Source: a virus. Taken from it: a DNA stretch of 64,000 bases. Shown one piece after another: positions 1 to 10,079 of this stretch (the stretch's first letter is position 1; each line of letters opens with the position of its first letter). The translations under genes and the position numbers were made by a program. The stretch is taken from IMG/VR virus record IMGVR_UViG_3300049489_000321, positions 1 through 64,000 of that record; one strand, given 5' to 3'. Below the pieces are notes generated by a model. That model saw only the letters and a program-made list of their open reading frames with translations, did no database searches and had not been told where the DNA came from.

Positions 1-170
<170 letters not shown>

Positions 171-249
171 GGAAAGCTAAGAATCGCGAATGCTACCAGT
201 TGGCACTCTATATCATCAATGATCAATAACAAAGAAAAGGATAATACTC

Positions 250-405
250 ATGGGAAGTTATAATAGCATTTCTGATATTGTTAACGACGTTGTTAGGTTT
301 CGTTCATACGGAATGACGGACGACGAAATCGATCAGGTTCTTGAAGATGATGGAGTGGACCATAGCCATAGGCGCTCTGCTTTCCTTCGGCTTATTAAGC
401 ACTAG
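250..405 (+). CDS. Hypothetical protein (51 aa, not in ORF track)
   Basis: ATG preceded by AAGGA; MGSYNSISDIVNDVVRFRSYGMTDDEIDQVLEDDG... Confidence 0.55.
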   Translation: MGSYNSISDIVNDVVRFRSYGMTDDEIDQVLEDDGVDHSHRRSAFLRLIKH

Positions 406-759
406 CCATAAGCATAGGCACACCCCCTACCATAGCTACATACGCGCATCCATGGCTGTGTACCACACGTGTATGTATAGTGTATATAAATTGAGGTAAT
501 TTATGATCTTTTGTCTTTGTGGTGGTGTTGTAGAAGTTGGATTGATTAGTCTTATTGCTGTTGGTTGTCGTAAATGTTATCTTTGGGTAAGGAATAAGTT
601 TAGTGCGTAATTACTGTAATACTAAGCTTAATTATTGCGAAGATAAGCCTAGCTTTACGTGTGCCGAGCGGACTAACCGTGTAGATAAGTGTCCGTGTAG
701 GCATTGCCGCAATTGGCTTAGCGCTTGGCGTGCAGGTTATACCGCTGGTATTAAGACTA

Positions 760-951
760 ATGCGTGACTCTGTTTGTTGGCCACCTATCCTCGCGTTTTT
801 TAACGGCAACGAATATAAGGCTACACTTTGGTTTGAAACGCCTAATCCGTTGCTAGGTGGAATTAAGCCTAAGCTTATGATTAGACTGGGTAAAGAGCGG
901 AAATTATTTGAAATTATCACCGCGCAATTACGCGAAAACCTAGCAGAATAA
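760..951 (+). CDS. Orphan Xre/MbcA/ParS antitoxin C-terminal (DUF2384-like) domain protein
   Basis: FFNGNEYKATLWFETPNPLLGGIKPKLMI matches the FG..A..WL..PN..LGG..P pattern. Confidence 0.7.
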   Translation: MRDSVCWPPILAFFNGNEYKATLWFETPNPLLGGIKPKLMIRLGKERKLFEIITAQLRENLAE

Positions 952-998
952 TTCTGTATAAAACTCTTAGCCACAAACCACTAACCAAAGGAAATACA

Positions 999-1538
999 GT
1001 GGAAAAGCTTAAGAATAAGACTACGGTTGACGAGCTTGCGGAAATGTTTAAGCTTACCTCTTGGGATGAGCTTGACGATGCTAATTTTGATTATTACTGG
1101 CAAAGTGCGCATGAAGCTATGGCGTATCGCGATTTTGAGAATGACGCCGAGCGTGAAGAGGAAATGTATCGCGTACAGGACTCGACTCGCGACGAGCTTT
1201 TCGCTAATTGGTATAACGCTGTCATGAGCGTTGCTGATACCATGTTTGGAAAGCTTGAGCTTGACTTGGTTCCTGTCAAGGTTAAGGGTAAGGTTTCTGA
1301 GTTTCCGTTTGAGTTTGTGATTAAGCCCCGTAAGAATTGGAAGCATTCTTGCGAGGAAATCGTCAATCTTATCAACGGTGTTGGCTACTTCTATTTCCGC
1401 GATGTTAACGCGCTGCTTTCTAGCGGACCTTACACGCCTATGCAGGCTGTTCTTAATCACCTTGGTTATGTTAACTACTACCACCAGATTTACGGTAGCG
1501 AAAGCCCTTCAAATCTCTATGATAGAGCTTTCCGGTAA
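999..1538 (+). CDS. Hypothetical early protein (acidic)
   Basis: 179 aa ORF, RBS AAGGA, downstream of promoter motif. Confidence 0.8.
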   Translation: MEKLKNKTTVDELAEMFKLTSWDELDDANFDYYWQSAHEAMAYRDFENDAEREEEMYRVQDSTRDELFANWYNAVMSVADTMFGKLELDLVPVKVKGKVSEFPFEFVIKPRKNWKHSCEEIVNLINGVGYFYFRDVNALLSSGPYTPMQAVLNHLGYVNYYHQIYGSESPSNLYDRAFR

Positions 1539-1578
1539 TTCTGTATTAGATTCCTAGCCATAGCCATAACGAGGGTTT

Positions 1579-1794
1579 ATGCGGAACGTTGAGATTATTT
1601 CCAAGTCTAAGCGAATTGACGGCATGCAGTATCTTGTCAAGGTGCCAGAAGCTAAGATTGTGTGCGGCTATGACTTGGTAACCGTATTCATTAGCCATAA
1701 CGGTATGCGGCATTTTAAGAGTGCTAACTGTAGTCGCACGACACCTTTTCATGCTGGCGCGGCGGTTACCAAGCATCTTGCTACAGGTGGATAA
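1579..1794 (+). CDS. Hypothetical protein
   Basis: GAGG RBS, follows promoter motif. Confidence 0.7.
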   Translation: MRNVEIISKSKRIDGMQYLVKVPEAKIVCGYDLVTVFISHNGMRHFKSANCSRTTPFHAGAAVTKHLATGG

Positions 1795-1796
1795 CA

Positions 1797-2186
1797 ATGC
1801 GTAATGATGATGTTAAGCCGAATTTTTGTCTGATTGCGATGGACGAAACCAAGTGGTATAATCTTGGCGACGATGCAGTGTGGATTAAGCAGATTGTCAA
1901 TACTTACGTGTACAACCAGAACGAGTATACATATTGTTGTGAAATGACTCCTAGTCATTGGCTTGAACCAGTTTACACTAGTATTGTCGTTAATGACGAT
2001 ACCCCTGATGATATTAGGGAAGATCTTTACGATAAGTACGGCAACACTTCCTATGAAGGCTGCTACATGCACGTTAGCGCCGTTAAGGCTCACGTGGAAA
2101 AGAATCCTAAGATGCACGATGTTTACGGTGAAGCCGAGTCTATTGACGATGCTAGGGAATATTACCAGGGCAATTACGTTCTATAA
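1797..2186 (+). CDS. Hypothetical protein
   Basis: 129 aa ORF tightly packed with neighbour. Confidence 0.75.
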   Translation: MRNDDVKPNFCLIAMDETKWYNLGDDAVWIKQIVNTYVYNQNEYTYCCEMTPSHWLEPVYTSIVVNDDTPDDIREDLYDKYGNTSYEGCYMHVSAVKAHVEKNPKMHDVYGEAESIDDAREYYQGNYVL

Positions 2187-2231
2187 TTCTGTGTAAACGT
2201 CTTAAGCGTAACTCTCACAAAGGTTGATGCG

Positions 2232-2714
2232 ATGGACAATCAGGTTACTCGATTTGCTTGGGAAATCCCTAACTTCGCGTGTTGGGATAAGCAGCTTACG
2301 GATCGCAATACTACTTGGGCCTTTGCTATGGTAGGCGGCGGTCACCGGGATATGACTAGCATCGATGCCAGTAACTTCGAAGTGATTAAGGATACACTCG
2401 CCAGAATGGATCCGGATAATCTTAGCCATAGATATAGTAGGGCTAGTCATTGGGCGGTAGGCTGGTACGAGCACCTGCTAGTGGATACCACTAACCATAA
2501 GGTTATGGCTTTCCTTAAGGAGTGTATTGATAATCTTGAGGATTATCCTATTCTTAGTGAGGATCACCATAGCCAATTGGAGTATGATTCACACTGTGAT
2601 AACCAGTGTTTCGCAGAATGCCCGTTTGAACATTGCGAGACTTGTCACGATTCCGTGCTAGAGAACGAAACCCATTGCGAATTGCATAAGGATGATGGTA
2701 ATGACGGTGAGTGA
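2232..2714 (+). CDS. Hypothetical phage protein with C-terminal Cys/His cluster
   Basis: 160 aa; SHWAVGWYEHLL and YPILSED motifs; follows promoter motif. Confidence 0.8.
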   Translation: MDNQVTRFAWEIPNFACWDKQLTDRNTTWAFAMVGGGHRDMTSIDASNFEVIKDTLARMDPDNLSHRYSRASHWAVGWYEHLLVDTTNHKVMAFLKECIDNLEDYPILSEDHHSQLEYDSHCDNQCFAECPFEHCETCHDSVLENETHCELHKDDGNDGE

Positions 2715-2925
2715 GCTTAAGGCTATCCTTGACCGGTATCCAGATAATATGCCTGTTACTATCAGGCAATATACCCACGATTATTGGAATACGGTACGCG
2801 CGGATAGTGTCGATACAGTTGAGATTGTAGATCGTAAGTGGTCTAATTATCACAGGAGTTTTGTTATTGTGGACGAGTGTGACGATCAGGACGATCCTAA
2901 ATCTACCGTGCTAATCATTAGATAA
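2701..2925 (+). CDS. Hypothetical phage protein
   Basis: MTVSELKAILDRYPDNMPV, a common small phage protein start. Confidence 0.75.
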   Translation: MTVSELKAILDRYPDNMPVTIRQYTHDYWNTVRADSVDTVEIVDRKWSNYHRSFVIVDECDDQDDPKSTVLIIR

Positions 2926-2932
2926 TAGTTTC

Positions 2933-3006
2933 GCGCTCGTGACATAATGGCATTGTGTACCGGTCTTTTAAACCGATTTACGTAGGTTCAATTCCTACCG
3001 AGCGCA
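2933..3006 (+). tRNA. tRNA-Lys(UUU)
   Basis: Acceptor GCGCTCG/CGAGCGC, D stem ACAT/GTGT, anticodon loop CTTTTAA, T arm GTAGG-TTCAATT-CCTAC; no encoded CCA. Confidence 0.85.
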
Positions 3007-3308
3007 CAATAACAAGGATCTGGCGGAAGTTAAGACTTTTGAGGATCCCGATACCTTTGCAGCCTATCACAAAGCGGAAACCTACGCGCATTCACTCGGT
3101 TACAGTGTCGGCCGAATGGCACGGGATTTGCCTATCGGCATTAAGCTCGCCGATAAAGATCTAGGCGATTGGGATATTGCTAAATGGCACAATCTTAGCA
3201 ATAACGATAAGCGTAACCTTGACGGATTGATCATCGGTGATAAGCGTAACGGGCCTGTTACGGTCCTAATCGGCCGGTGAATAATTTTGTGTAACGATCC
3301 ATTTTGCT

Positions 3309-3419
3309 CTAGGTAAACCCAAAAGGTTTATAAACTCACGGGACCTAACCCGTACCGCAACGGTAACTAACCTGAAAGGTTAGATAGAGATCGGAATTAA
3401 CCGATAGAGCCGATTTTAC
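3309..3419 (+). ncRNA. Multi-hairpin element copy 1 (candidate small RNA)
   Basis: Near-identical to 5682-5793; consecutive stem-loops; directly downstream of promoter motif. Confidence 0.5.
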
Positions 3420-3454
3420 CATAACCATTAACCATAACCATAACGAGGGATACA

Positions 3455-3856
3455 ATGGCCAAGCGTATTAAGGATCGAGAGCACGTTACCACGGTTACAT
3501 ATGCCGTGTTTTACGCTGCTAATCCCGAGGGATCTAGCGGCCTTATGTTTGACTGCGATGCTAGCGGTAACGTGGATCGCAGCAAGCTAAACCCTTGCGC
3601 GCGCGCCAATCTGGCGAAGATCGAACGCGGCGAAATCCCTTATGTTTACAGCGAGCTTACTACGCTGGAAACGTCTTACGTGGATCCGGCTGAAATCCTT
3701 TGCGATTGCGGTGATACTGTGGCACTATACGGATTCACCAATACTTGCGACTCTTGTAATCGCGATTACAATATGAGCGGCCAGGAGCTTGCCCCACGAT
3801 CGCAATGGGGCGAGGATACTGGCGAAACCCTTAGCGATATCCTACGGATCCGATAG
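3455..3856 (+). CDS. Hypothetical protein with C-terminal zinc-ribbon
   Basis: CDCG...CDSC motif; GAGG RBS. Confidence 0.8.
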   Translation: MAKRIKDREHVTTVTYAVFYAANPEGSSGLMFDCDASGNVDRSKLNPCARANLAKIERGEIPYVYSELTTLETSYVDPAEILCDCGDTVALYGFTNTCDSCNRDYNMSGQELAPRSQWGEDTGETLSDILRIR

Positions 3857-3894
3857 CGATCTGCTATCATCGTGATATCACTATGATCTAAACA

Positions 3895-3932
3895 TATCAA
3901 CAAGTTAGCAAAATAACGCTAACTTGTTGATA
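3895..3932. promoter_or_regulatory. Inverted pair of IHF consensus sites
   Basis: TATCAACAAGTTA at 3895 and its reverse complement at 3920, both exact WATCAANNNNTTR. Confidence 0.65.
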
Positions 3933-3993
3933 TTACTTGCGGATAATTCTGTGTAAACGTCTTAGGCGTAACCCGAACGAAAGGCAACCGACA

Positions 3994-4122
3994 ATGCACA
4001 ATTATACGTTCCGATATTGGGATAAGGATCTAAACACTTGGGTTTACGTTTACCGCGACATGGCAAACGATGGCCGATGGATTTATACTTATTCCGCTGG
4101 ATTCTTCAATAGTTTGCGTTAG
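3994..4122 (+). CDS. Small hypothetical protein
   Basis: Promoter motif + GAAAGGCAA leader then ATG. Confidence 0.55.
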   Translation: MHNYTFRYWDKDLNTWVYVYRDMANDGRWIYTYSAGFFNSLR

Positions 4123-4188
4123 AATAATTCTGTGTAAACGTCTTAATCGCTAGGCAACAAAAACAACACCTAGCAGAAAGCAAAAACA

Positions 4189-5157
4189 ATGGCCCACGAA
4201 ATTCTCGACAATAATTGCGTTTTTTCCCTTAAGACTGAGGTTTCCGGTGTCCCGTGGCACGGGATTGGTACGGGGCTCGACGTTGTAACCCCCGATGATG
4301 TTAAGACTTACGCGAGTTTCGACCGCGAGATCGTGCTTAAGGATCTCAAGCTCGCCGGATCGGATGATCTGATCGAGGGATACAAGGCGAGTTTCGATTC
4401 TAAGCATGGGAAAACTCTTGGTATTGTGTCTGATAAATTCGTACTCTTGCAGCCTAGGGATCTGCTTAGCGCGGCGGAATTCCTTATGAATTCAATGGGC
4501 GCCGAGATTTCGTGCGCTGCTACGATCCGCGAGGGTAAGCGCGAATTCCTCTCGCTCGCTATGCCGGATTCGACCGTGGAAGCGCGCGAGAACGATTCTA
4601 TCAAGCGTTATTTCAATTTGGCGCAGGGTCACGATGGATCGCTCGCTGTTAGCGCGGGATCGAGTGACGTTCGCGTGGTTTGCGCTAATACCCTTAGCGC
4701 TTGGATTAGCGAGAGGAATGCCGTCAAGATCCGTCACCGCGGCGATATTGGCAAGGCGCTCGCAACGGCCGTCGCTGCATTTGCTAGCGAAACTCAGTCT
4801 AGGACCGAGTTTTATCAGGCGCTGGCGGGTCGCGCGGTTACCCCGAGCGAAGTTATCGCGTACTACTCTGCTTTGACCGGTGAGGATTACGAGGATTTCC
4901 GCAAGGCAAAGCGTGGCCGTCCGTCGCTTGGCGCTAAGATCGCGGATCTTCTCGATTCACCGGCTAACGCGGACGGTATCATCTGGCAAGATGCGGGAAT
5001 GCCCGCCACCGCTTGGGATGCTTACAATGTCGCGACGCAAGTTATCACGCATGGCTCGACTAGTAAGGATCCGCTTAACAATCTGCTTTTTGGCACGGCG
5101 CATAAGTATCTGATTTCAGCTGAAAAGCTCGCCTCTGATATGTTTCTCGCCGAGTAA
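4189..5157 (+). CDS. DUF932 / TIGR03299-like phage-plasmid protein
   Basis: VPWHGIG, LGIVSDKF..LQP, HDGS...VRVVCANTL, IRH, TAWDAYN motifs. Confidence 0.9.
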   Translation: MAHEILDNNCVFSLKTEVSGVPWHGIGTGLDVVTPDDVKTYASFDREIVLKDLKLAGSDDLIEGYKASFDSKHGKTLGIVSDKFVLLQPRDLLSAAEFLMNSMGAEISCAATIREGKREFLSLAMPDSTVEARENDSIKRYFNLAQGHDGSLAVSAGSSDVRVVCANTLSAWISERNAVKIRHRGDIGKALATAVAAFASETQSRTEFYQALAGRAVTPSEVIAYYSALTGEDYEDFRKAKRGRPSLGAKIADLLDSPANADGIIWQDAGMPATAWDAYNVATQVITHGSTSKDPLNNLLFGTAHKYLISAEKLASDMFLAE

Positions 5158-5166
5158 CAAGAAATA

Positions 5167-5210
5167 CACAGGGTTAGATCGGGAAACTGGTCTAACCCTG
5201 TGATTTCTCT
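5167..5210 (+). terminator. Putative intrinsic terminator
   Basis: CACAGGGTTAGATC...GGTCTAACCCTGTG stem after DUF932 stop. Confidence 0.6.
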
Positions 5211-5326
5211 ACCATATGTCAAGCGGCGGGAATTCGGGCGGATGGCTCGATAACGCGATCTTTTGTTTACTCCTAATGATTACACTAGGTTACCTTTTGC
5301 GATAACTTTGTGATATACTCTTAAGC

Positions 5327-5515
5327 ATGAAACCTAAAACCTTCCTAGCTAGGCTGGCGGATTGTAGGGATACGCGAGAAATCAGCAACCTCGCGTCATA
5401 CGCTCACGAAAAGCAGATCGCAGCGATCCGCGCGGGTTACGAATCTAAGGATTGGCACGATTGTTGGAAGGCCGCTCACGCTAGCTGGAAATCGATCCTT
5501 ACTCAAGGTAGGTAG
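5327..5515 (+). CDS. Hypothetical protein, probably leaderless
   Basis: ATG 24 nt after start of promoter motif. Confidence 0.7.
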   Translation: MKPKTFLARLADCRDTREISNLASYAHEKQIAAIRAGYESKDWHDCWKAAHASWKSILTQGR

Positions 5516-5518
5516 ATC

Positions 5519-5653
5519 ATGGGAAAGCCTAAGAAAAACCGCAAGCGTAATTTTGACGCAATGAATGCGCTCGCGCGTAAACCTGCAACCTTCAAGGATC
5601 GTCGCGAGCCGCGTAAGCAGTCTAACAATTGGCGCAATCATTTGCCCGAGTAA
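5519..5653 (+). CDS. Small basic hypothetical protein (44 aa)
   Basis: MGKPKKNRKRNFDAMNALARK...; stop codon is the TAA of the next promoter motif. Confidence 0.6.
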   Translation: MGKPKKNRKRNFDAMNALARKPATFKDRREPRKQSNNWRNHLPE

Positions 5654-5681
5654 TTTTGTAGATTGTTCTTTAGCGAAAGCC

Positions 5682-5793
5682 CTAGGTAAACCCAAAAGGT
5701 TTACAAACTCACGGGACCTAACCCGTACCCACGGCGGTAACTAACCCAAAAGGTTAGATAGAGATCGGAGTTAACCGATAGGGCCGATTTTAC
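5682..5793 (+). ncRNA. Multi-hairpin element copy 2 (candidate small RNA)
   Basis: Direct repeat of 3309-3419, differences mostly in loops and linkers. Confidence 0.5.
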
Positions 5794-5835
5794 TAGTTCA
5801 AGGCGGAAATCATCAGAATGATTATGGAGTAACGT

Positions 5836-6312
5836 ATGCTGGCGGAATCTCTCAAAGACTGGCGAAAGGTAGCAGAACGCAATGAAATCAATGGGATCAA
5901 GCGTAGGGTTTATCTGGCGAATGCCACCGAACGATCTTGGCATGATAATTGCTTCGTTTTTTGGTTTGGCTCTTGCGGTACTACTTACGTCCTAGCCTAC
6001 GGTAAAGGCATTGATTCTGCTCTGGAATCCGCCGCGCAATGGTTAGCTGATTACGCTCCGGGGCATATAATGCCGCATGATTCCGAAGAATTGCAGGAAT
6101 TGCTTAGGGAAGCAAGGATCGAATTCCGTAAGGAAAATCAGCGTTTGGAAGATCCGGACCATGGATCCGAGGATATGTCACGGGTTTATGAGTCTGCTAC
6201 CGCCGATCTCACCTATACGGAATCAGGTTACCTCACGTCTTACGATTGGGGAATTGCGCTCGATAACCCTAACCCAGCGGAATTGCTAGATTTTGTAAAG
6301 GATAGGCGCTAA
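5836..6312 (+). CDS. Hypothetical protein
   Basis: 158 aa ORF, GGAG RBS. Confidence 0.8.
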   Translation: MLAESLKDWRKVAERNEINGIKRRVYLANATERSWHDNCFVFWFGSCGTTYVLAYGKGIDSALESAAQWLADYAPGHIMPHDSEELQELLREARIEFRKENQRLEDPDHGSEDMSRVYESATADLTYTESGYLTSYDWGIALDNPNPAELLDFVKDRR

Positions 6313-6528
6313 CGTGGTGATTTTGTTTACTGTCATTCTCGCGTGGTTTGTCGGATTCGCGATGCTCGCAATGGTTCGGACCTAGCGTTAGAACGCTATA
6401 GGCTGGCGTATGGGAAGCTTTTAGCGTCCTAGCGTGGATAGGGTATACCCGCGCCTTTCGCTGCTTAAATCGAAGCCTATCGCCTCGGATAATTTTGTGG
6501 GAAAGTCTTAGGCGAAAGGTAGGGAAAA

Positions 6529-6723
6529 ATGACGGTTACGACATTCTATCGAAAGCTCGAATTTTGCGATCGTTCTGATCTCGCTGATTTGCTTGACTAC
6601 GCTCGCGCTAAGCGTGGAAAATTGCTTAATAGCACGCTAAACCATACTAAAGATTGGAATCATCTAAAGGAATGGCATTTGGCATATAAGACTGTTTCCA
6701 ATCGAGTAGGATGGAAGCGGTAA
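6529..6723 (+). CDS. Hypothetical protein, weakly resembles 5327-5515
   Basis: Follows promoter motif; TF..KL..C......L..YA and KDW pattern shared. Confidence 0.7.
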   Translation: MTVTTFYRKLEFCDRSDLADLLDYARAKRGKLLNSTLNHTKDWNHLKEWHLAYKTVSNRVGWKR

Positions 6724-6809
6724 CTTTGTAGGAAAGTCTTAGTCGCATACGGCAAATAGCCGGCCAGTAGAAGCGGCGTAGGATGCAACCATAACAAAAG
6801 GCAAACACA

Positions 6810-6986
6810 GTGGACCATAAGAATACGGATCGAATGATGGATCGGGCAATGCATGCGATTTGCCCGAATGACTACGAAAGGTTCGCGCTTAGGCTGGCGT
6901 ATACTCAAGATCCTGAATTGGCCCTGGTATTTGCCGATCAGCCTATCCACGATCTTGCTGATATCCTTCGCGTTATCGGTGATTAA
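6810..6986 (+). CDS. Hypothetical protein (58 aa, GTG start)
   Basis: AAGGCAAA leader; TAATG overlap with next gene. Confidence 0.6.
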   Translation: MDHKNTDRMMDRAMHAICPNDYERFALRLAYTQDPELALVFADQPIHDLADILRVIGD

Positions 6987-7210
6987 TGCTTATTAACTGG
7001 ATTCCATGGAATGACGCGGACGACGCAACGGATCGCGTTGATTCCCTTGCTAAATCCGCTTCACAGATCCTGAGTGAAAATTGTGAAATGGCATACAGTT
7101 GGACCGGCGATACACTTGTAATTGCTACGAAACTCTCAAACGGTACAACCGAACTAATCCATTGCAAAGTAATTGCGGAAGGCAAGATTCATGCCAATGA
7201 TCATCATTAG
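6986..7210 (+). CDS. Hypothetical protein
   Basis: Translationally coupled ORF. Confidence 0.65.
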   Translation: MLINWIPWNDADDATDRVDSLAKSASQILSENCEMAYSWTGDTLVIATKLSNGTTELIHCKVIAEGKIHANDHH

Positions 7211-7592
7211 TCGGCCACCTAGCATGGCACAATTGTTGCTTGAGATCCTTGATAACCCGTGGGGCAAGGGCCGACATTCGGGGAATCCAGATTATCGCGC
7301 CTGCTATCTTCTCGAAACCATTGACAAAAACCGCGAGCGGGACCACGGGATCCCTCGCGTGTTTGAGTAGGAACAACGACAATGATTAAGCCAGTTTGCG
7401 CGGGTAATTGCCTATCTAATTGTAATTCCACGGAAGTATTCGCGATCGACTCAAAGGGTTATGTTTATTGCGAAAAGCATTTCTTTCGTGGTCGCAAAGT
7501 AACAAAAGCAGAGCGAAAGCAGCTAATTGCAGGAAAACCGATCCGATACGATAGATTTTGAGTAATTTTGTGGGAAAGCCTTAGGCGCAAAC

Positions 7593-8027
7593 GTGAAAGT
7601 ATGTATATCCTGCAAAGTATTAAAGAGTAAATCCAGTGATTTCTCTATCAATTCCCGTCGTAAAGACGGATACAATACCATATGCAAAGAATGTAAAAAT
7701 ACATACAACGTTGCCTGGTATCAGCGAAACAAAGACGAGCATAAAAAGCGTAATAGGATAAACAATAAAAAATACAAGGATTTAGCGTATTCAATTGTAC
7801 GGGAAAAGAAAAGCAAACCTTGTAAAGATTGTGGTATTAGCTATCCTTATTACGTTATGGATTTCGATCATTTGCCTGGATTCACGAAACAATTCTGTAT
7901 AGCTACGGCTATATCAAGAGGCCGCCCTATCTCATTGATTCTTAAAGAAATCGAGAAGTGCGACGTAGTGTGCGCTAATTGTCACAGGATTAGGACGTTT
8001 AACAGAACTAACATTGCTTCCACCTAA
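7593..8027 (+). CDS. HNH endonuclease
   Basis: CKDCG...MDFDH...EIEKCDVVCANCHRIRT; N-terminal CxxC pairs; AT-rich relative to flanks. Confidence 0.9.
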   Translation: MKVCISCKVLKSKSSDFSINSRRKDGYNTICKECKNTYNVAWYQRNKDEHKKRNRINNKKYKDLAYSIVREKKSKPCKDCGISYPYYVMDFDHLPGFTKQFCIATAISRGRPISLILKEIEKCDVVCANCHRIRTFNRTNIAST

Positions 8028-8083
8028 GGATAGGGTGCCGGCCTTCTAAGCCAGCTAGTAAGGTTCAATTCCTTATGGAAGCA
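8016..8083 (+). tRNA. tRNA-Arg(UCU), short D-arm region (possibly pseudo)
   Basis: Acceptor GCTTCCA/TGGAAGC, anticodon loop CTTCTAA, T arm TAAGG-TTCAATT-CCTTA; only 15 nt between acceptor and anticodon stems. Confidence 0.6.
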
Positions 8084-8433
8084 CTAACAGGACGCACTTA
8101 GGGATCGAGTCCTATCTAGTTGTAATAACAACGAAATCCCCGGATAGGTGCAAAGCCTATCGCATTTGAATAACTTTGTGAGATCGTCTTAACCGTAACC
8201 TGAAACGGAAGTCAAACGCAAGTGAAAAGCTCAAAAAATGACTTGATCGAGGCCCTTAGGGCAATCGCGGTTATGCAGCAAGCTTACGGATCGCAGGGTG
8301 ACGCCTACGTGGCCCGCGAATGTCACAGGATCGCGGTAGGCGCTTTGCACGACGGTTGGCACGGCGTATCGCGTAACATAAAGCGTTAATTAATACAGTT
8401 AAAAACGCAAATCTAAGCGAAAGGCAAACGAAA

Positions 8434-8616
8434 ATGGCACGTAAGAGTAAATGGGATCGCGCATTTGACGCTTGTTTCTATGCCAATTCCCACGGAGTCC
8501 AGTTTAACATTATGGATCTGTCAAAGCTCCGTCGCGCGGTTAATGACGCAACGCTTTCTGGCGTAGATCTTGAAAGCGCCGTCAAGGCGGCAATCCAGGT
8601 TTACAGGACTAATTAA
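8434..8616 (+). CDS. Hypothetical protein
   Basis: GAAAGGCAAA leader. Confidence 0.7.
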   Translation: MARKSKWDRAFDACFYANSHGVQFNIMDLSKLRRAVNDATLSGVDLESAVKAAIQVYRTN

Positions 8617-8619
8617 GCA

Positions 8620-8802
8620 ATGGAAAAGCCTAAGCCTAATCCTACTCCTAAGCAAGTGATCGACGCGATCACGCAAGCTTTCCCCAATGATTGCGAGCGT
8701 ATCCTTAGGGATATGCGATGGGATTCTATCAACGGCTGTTATATGTTTGATTTCGCTGGTATGTATGTCGGTTGCGAGCTTGACGGTTACATTCACTCTT
8801 AA
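8620..8802 (+). CDS. Hypothetical protein
   Basis: Packed ORF ending next to promoter motif. Confidence 0.7.
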   Translation: MEKPKPNPTPKQVIDAITQAFPNDCERILRDMRWDSINGCYMFDFAGMYVGCELDGYIHS

Positions 8803-8994
8803 TAATTTTGTGAGATCGTCTTAACCGTAACCCAAGCGGAAAGGCAAAGCCAAATGGAAGCCGTTAATATCTTTATCCTGGAAATGCTGTTTACCGCTAC
8901 CGTGGCGGCATTCCACACTAACCCCACGGAAGCTAACAATCGCGCGGTAGTCCAGGTGTTTACTACCCTTTACGCTATTCGCGGAGCTTAAACA

Positions 8995-9177
8995 ATGACC
9001 GATAGAGATAAGCAGATTAAGGAGCTTGAGCAATCCGGCCACCTTGATCCTAATTGCAGAGGATGTAAGGAGTTTTACGATCATCCCGATCTCAGGCCCT
9101 TTGCTCCATCCCATAAGGCTATGCAATCGTGCCAATCTGGCAAGCGTAATCATTGCACTTGCGACACTTGCTTCTAG
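8995..9177 (+). CDS. Cys-rich small hypothetical protein
   Basis: CxxC...PSH...C.SG..NHCTCDTCF. Confidence 0.75.
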   Translation: MTDRDKQIKELEQSGHLDPNCRGCKEFYDHPDLRPFAPSHKAMQSCQSGKRNHCTCDTCF

Positions 9178-9281
9178 CAAAAGGTATACCATAGTGGCCC
9201 ACCTAATCATCGGGATGATCCTGCTAGCGTTTATTCAGGCAAGAAACACTCCACCCTTTACCTAAGCCATAGGTATACCAA

Positions 9282-9476
9282 ATGCCCGATAACATTGCGT
9301 TTTACTACCGTGGAATGATAGAGCGGCCTTCAAAGCGTGGATATCGCTGGCATTACGGATATTCCGCGAATAGCGACGACGGTAATCCGCTTTACCCCTG
9401 GAATACGAAAGCAGAATGCAAGGCATATGCCAAGGCGCAAGGTAAGCAGGCTAGCTTTATCAGCGAGAAAGGCTAA
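9282..9476 (+). CDS. Hypothetical protein
   Basis: 64 aa ORF on operon strand. Confidence 0.7.
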   Translation: MPDNIAFYYRGMIERPSKRGYRWHYGYSANSDDGNPLYPWNTKAECKAYAKAQGKQASFISEKG

Positions 9477-9495
9477 CCGTAAGGAATCTAGCACG

Positions 9496-9660
9496 ATGGA
9501 TCAACGTACAAAGAATCGAATCAAAGAGCATGCCAAGTTAGGACACAAGCTAACAGAGTCGAAAGCATTGACTACCAGGCCAGGGCAAGCGTTTTTTAGG
9601 TGCGATTGCGGATGGTTAGGATGGTTGACAGTCAATTCCGCTGGTAAGTTAACCACTTAA
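9496..9660 (+). CDS. Small hypothetical protein (CxCGW)
   Basis: AAGGA RBS; GH...CDCGW. Confidence 0.6.
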   Translation: MDQRTKNRIKEHAKLGHKLTESKALTTRPGQAFFRCDCGWLGWLTVNSAGKLTT

Positions 9661-10079
9661 CACAATAACCAGTAAAAACAGTGGAAAACTAAACAATTAC
9701 TAGGAGTCCAGCACCCCCCGAGCTATAAGTACCGGAAATTATTATAGGTTGCAAAATTATGCCCGTGGTAAGCGTATGCAAGTCATGCGCCAGGCCTTGA
9801 CTCCCCGGACGCGGGGTAGGGTGCGAATCCCTTGGCGGGTCTCTTTGCAAATATTGTACCAATGGGATCGCTTGCCTGGTAGCGGGCTAGACGGGTCCGT
9901 TTCCCATGGTCCTGATACCGCGTAGAACGCGATAGGCTGCGATATGGGAAGCTTTCCAGGCATGGGGCTATCGTCGGCGTCTAGCTGGAATCCCTAGCCT
10001 ACAGGAGCGTAGGACGGTCCGATAACTTTGTGGGATGATCCTAGACGCAACCTGCAACGCTCCAACGGAAGGCAAAGCA

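Noticed and set aside
2955-3164. 69 aa ORF
   Set aside because: Starts inside tRNA-Lys
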